Positions 60,782-64,000 of a stretch of DNA of 64,000 nt are shown here, piece after piece; position 1 is the stretch's first letter, and every line of letters begins with the position of its first letter. A program made the translations under genes and the position numbers. Source of the stretch: Promethearchaeota archaeon (GTDB lineage Archaea > Asgardarchaeota > Heimdallarchaeia > Hodarchaeales > Hodarchaeaceae); contig JBHLMN010000011.1 in NCBI GenBank assembly GCA_048938105.1, forward strand, positions 64,001-128,000, given 5' to 3'. Below the pieces are notes generated by a model. The model searched no databases. It was not told the origin of the DNA and saw only the letters and a program-made list of their open reading frames with translations.

Positions 60782-60913
60782 ATGATTCTCATCCAAACCT
60801 ATCAAGAGCTCTATTATGCGTTGAAAGTACTTCAAATGCTAAAAGAAAGCGATGAACCGTTGTATGAAAAACTTCATGAACTAATTGATAACCAGATTGA
60901 AAAACTAATTTGA
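60782..60913 (+). CDS. Unannotated 43-aa protein MILIQTYQELYYALKVLQMLKESDEPLYEKLHELIDNQIEKLI
   Basis: Manual translation; AAGGAG RBS about 10 nt upstream; amphipathic helical-hairpin pattern. Confidence 0.6.
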   Translation: MILIQTYQELYYALKVLQMLKESDEPLYEKLHELIDNQIEKLI

Positions 60914-61135
60914 TCTATCTGTAACAAATCTCTGATTACAATTATAAATACAATCTGTTTACGTTTTACTCTCTAGGTTCTTTTGCATCATGATAATTAA
61001 TTCTATAAACATCATATTGAGGTTGCTGTACTATTTTCTCCTTCAGATATTTAACCTAAAAGTTTGATAATTTAATGAGAAAAAACTAGGTACACTTTTA
61101 GGCCATTAATTTATTTCAAAACATTTTTATATGCA

Positions 61136-61171
61136 TCATTGTGCAATGACACATGGACGCAAATGCACAAT
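61136..61171. promoter_or_regulatory. Nested inverted repeats just after a TATA-like box
   Basis: TCATTG-TG-CAATGA (61136-61149) and ATTGTGCA-N18-TGCACAAT (61138-61171), downstream of TTTTATAT. Confidence 0.45.
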
Positions 61172-61600
61172 AATAGAAAAAATGATCTAATAAAGGTAAA
61201 TTGCGCTCAATCCCATCTCATAAAACTGAATACTTTGAAGGTACATTCAGATATATTAAAACACTCGGAGCTCCACATAATGAAGTGGAAGAAGACAGAA
61301 AGTAAATTAAAATCTTTCAAACAAAGATCAGAAGCTTGTTGCTTTACAAGACAATTATCTACACTTCTTTAAAAGAAACGTGTATTTAGAAGAAGCACCA
61401 CTGGAATCTATGTGCTTTATCTCCCATCTCATGGTGTCTCCTCCACTAATCTATATTAATGTTAACGAATATTAAGACAAGGGAGGAATCAGATATATCT
61501 CTTGGACTGTAAAAGAATTTAAGTAATAACGACTCTAGGTTAAATGCTCCCCTAGTAACATTAAAGAGTAGAATTTCTCCATAAAAAGGAATGTTAAATT

Positions 61601-62197
61601 TTGCGAATCATTCGAGATCCGAAAACGGTTCAAGTTGTTGTGGAAAAATCACGATATGAAATTTGGAAACTCTTAAAGGAAGAGGGACAATTAACTGCTG
61701 ATGTAATCGCAGAAAAAGTCGACAAGAATGTTAGCACAATTTATCGCCATTTAAAAAAATTGGTTGATGTTGGTTTCGTCAATGAGCACGAGGTCCAAAA
61801 AGGAAATCAAAAATATGTTGTTAAAGAATATACTGCTGAAATGCAAGATGCTTTCTTTGTCTTAAGTAAAGAAGCTGAAAAATTAATCGCATCCCATCCG
61901 GGGGAAATCTCCTATCTCAAAGAGAAAACTCCTCTTATCCTAGAGAACTTCAAGCTCATTGGTTTAGATCCGGGATTGGAAATGAAAAAGGCTGCAGACT
62001 CAATTGGAACCTTATCAATTCGTCTTAGCGAATTTATTGGTGATTTACTAGAGGAAGAAAATCAAGACCCCAAAAAAATTCCATATACTCAAGAATTTGA
62101 AATAATGCGTCGTTATGTTGCCACGTTTCTTACCCAAATTGACCCTGAATTCAACCATCAGGTTGAAACACTTAGAAAACTATTAATGAAAAAATGA
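61601..62197 (+). CDS. Winged-HTH (ArsR-like) transcriptional regulator
   Basis: SRYEIWKLL..STIYRHLKKLVDVGFV..KEY motifs. Confidence 0.85.
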   Translation: MRIIRDPKTVQVVVEKSRYEIWKLLKEEGQLTADVIAEKVDKNVSTIYRHLKKLVDVGFVNEHEVQKGNQKYVVKEYTAEMQDAFFVLSKEAEKLIASHPGEISYLKEKTPLILENFKLIGLDPGLEMKKAADSIGTLSIRLSEFIGDLLEEENQDPKKIPYTQEFEIMRRYVATFLTQIDPEFNHQVETLRKLLMKK

Positions 62198-62274
62198 AAT
62201 TAAAAAGAGTAATTTTCTTCAACTGATGCTCAAACGTCTTTACTTCTATAATTGTTGGCATTTCTTGAAGCCAT

Positions 62275-62769
62275 TCAATCGATATCATAGATAAAGGGGG
62301 GTTTAATTCCCAACATACGAAGATAAACGCATAATTGACCCCGATGGTGGATAATCTCTTCCAAAATTGTTGCTAATGATTCAAAACCACCTATCTGGAC
62401 ACCTCCCCAACAGGTGTAAGTTATTTTTTTGTCCAAATCTGCTTCTGTCAGTTTTGGGAAATTTTCTCTTATATAGGCTTTGACTTTTTCCCCGTATTCG
62501 ATGATTTCAGATGCTGATTTGATATTTTTAGAATTAAATGGAATAATAGAGTAATCATCATCAGAGAACTCTCCTTTTAATGTGCCAGCCATATAAATCA
62601 ATGAAACCATATAAATATGAATCCCAAGTTCTGCTGCACTCATCGCGTCATCAATAGGTTTCCAGTCAAGTTTATTATCGGGAATAAGATTAATAGCTTT
62701 ATCTAGGGTTTTCATTGCATGGTTCAATGTGTAATCTAGCTGTCCTTTAACTGAATCTATTCTAGACAT
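62275..62769 (-). CDS. DinB-family protein
   Basis: LDWKP, ELGIHI and EIIHHRGQLCVYLRMLG motifs. Confidence 0.9.
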   Translation of the reverse strand: MSRIDSVKGQLDYTLNHAMKTLDKAINLIPDNKLDWKPIDDAMSAAELGIHIYMVSLIYMAGTLKGEFSDDDYSIIPFNSKNIKSASEIIEYGEKVKAYIRENFPKLTEADLDKKITYTCWGGVQIGGFESLATILEEIIHHRGQLCVYLRMLGIKPPFIYDID

Positions 62770-62855
62770 TTGATTTCATACCTCCATTAACTTAATTCAT
62801 ATGTGTCTCTTGCATTCTATAGACTACATATATTTTATGGTATATTGTAATTCAA

Positions 62856-63710
62856 TTAAGAGAAGAAATCATTACCTTCAAGGAAATCTTGAATACTGGA
62901 TATAACCAATTCAGGGTCATCATACATTATCCAATGACCAGAATTCTCGCTTCTCACTATTTTTAAATCACTTATGTACTTAGATAACCCTTCTAACAAT
63001 CCTGATAAAAGAGCAATATCTTTCATTCCCCAAATTACCAGAGTTGGTACATTAATAACACCACTCCAATCATCAAAACTTAAGTTGGCCCGATAGTAAT
63101 TCACACCGCTAACAATTGCATCTGGTTGAGACCAAGCTTGTATATATTTTTGTCTATCAAATTCATCCTTTACAGAACTAAAAACAGCCCTTTTCAACCA
63201 CATCAAATTATCTTCAAAGAGGAATTTTTCACCATCAGGTTTCATAAACTCAAAAATATAATTACTGGCTTTCTGCTGCTTTTTATCAGTTCTAAGATGT
63301 TTTTGGAAAATTTTAGGATGAGGAGCATTAAGTATAATCAATTTCTTTAACTCATTAGAAAATTTTTCAGCAAAAACATATGATATTACTCCTCCCCAAT
63401 CGTGACCAGCAAGAGTAAATTTTCCAAGATTTAATTCATCAGTCAATTTTTTTATATCTTCAGCTAGAATGTCCACATTATAATTGTTAACTCCCTTAGG
63501 TTTATCTGATAGATTATATCCCCTCATATCAGGTATTATCAGTTTATTCTTATCCTTCAATCCTAGTATTATATTCTTCCAGCCATACCAAAAGTCTGGA
63601 AAACCATGTAATAACACCAAGGGTTCTCCTGAACCTATCAAAATTGTATGAAGTTTGATTCCATTAACCTCTACAAACTGTTCTTCCAGATTGTTGAAAA
63701 TTTCTTTCAT
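62856..63710 (-). CDS. Alpha/beta hydrolase (epoxide hydrolase-like)
   Basis: HGFPDFW, PDMRGY, GHDWGG, NYYRA and SGHW motifs. Confidence 0.92.
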   Translation of the reverse strand: MKEIFNNLEEQFVEVNGIKLHTILIGSGEPLVLLHGFPDFWYGWKNIILGLKDKNKLIIPDMRGYNLSDKPKGVNNYNVDILAEDIKKLTDELNLGKFTLAGHDWGGVISYVFAEKFSNELKKLIILNAPHPKIFQKHLRTDKKQQKASNYIFEFMKPDGEKFLFEDNLMWLKRAVFSSVKDEFDRQKYIQAWSQPDAIVSGVNYYRANLSFDDWSGVINVPTLVIWGMKDIALLSGLLEGLSKYISDLKIVRSENSGHWIMYDDPELVISSIQDFLEGNDFFS

Positions 63711-63845
63711 TCAATTACCAACTCTTTGTATATTAACAAGTCATTTTGATTTTTAAAACGGTATCTATTCTTAAATAAGGAGGATTTACAACTATAGGTT
63801 TTTATTATCTTTGATAAAAGGCAAGGTACCCTACAAGGAGCTCTT

Positions 63846-64000
63846 ATGATGGTTGAAATAGATCATGGATTCACCACAGAGATGAAATACGCTGTAGCTG
63901 GAACATTTACTGGGGGACTCTCTAGTAAAATCTATCCTTTGCTTAAAAATGAATGGTATAATGTAAAGAAGGTCTACCCTGTATGTCCTTATAAGACCGA
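63846..64000 (+). CDS. Partial ORF running off the window, possibly a CoA-binding (YccU-like) protein
   Basis: AAGGAG RBS; MMVEIDHGFTTEMKYAVAG..KIYPLLK..KVYPVCP resembles the AVVG..VYPVNP pattern. Confidence 0.55.
   Translation, partial: MMVEIDHGFTTEMKYAVAGTFTGGLSSKIYPLLKNEWYNVKKVYPVCPYKT

Overview
This is a 64-kb AT-rich chromosomal window from an Asgard archaeon, most likely Heimdallarchaeia/Hodarchaeales-like (inferred). Evidence for that is a eukaryote-like actin (5239-6381), an LRR protein, a longin/uDENN-like protein, archaeal PheS/PheT, TATA-type promoters and oligo-T terminators. Other content: ABC systems (one ATPase broken by an in-frame TAA), a beta-helix/Ig surface protein, an ArsR-PDO-thioredoxin redox locus, an orphan DUF1156 adenine methylase, TldD/TldE, a TlyA-like methylase, SCP2 plus an M24 hydrolase, a beta-carbonic anhydrase, a REC-PPDK_N protein head-to-head with gdhA, two paralogous multi-PAS degenerate kinases (3 and 10 PAS domains), sugar/amino-acid catabolic genes, an arsenic cluster and a CadA/ZntA locus. 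The most interesting signals not in the ORF track are: (i) a structured leader ending in a hairpin plus U8 immediately upstream of actin, (ii) three tiny basic ORFs between tldD and tlyA, (iii) a long stem plus uORF in the pheST leader, and (iv) a 43-aa ORF sharing the metal operator of the cadA locus. No rRNA, tRNA, CRISPR array or transposase was recognised. All family calls come from motif recognition by eye, not from database searches.
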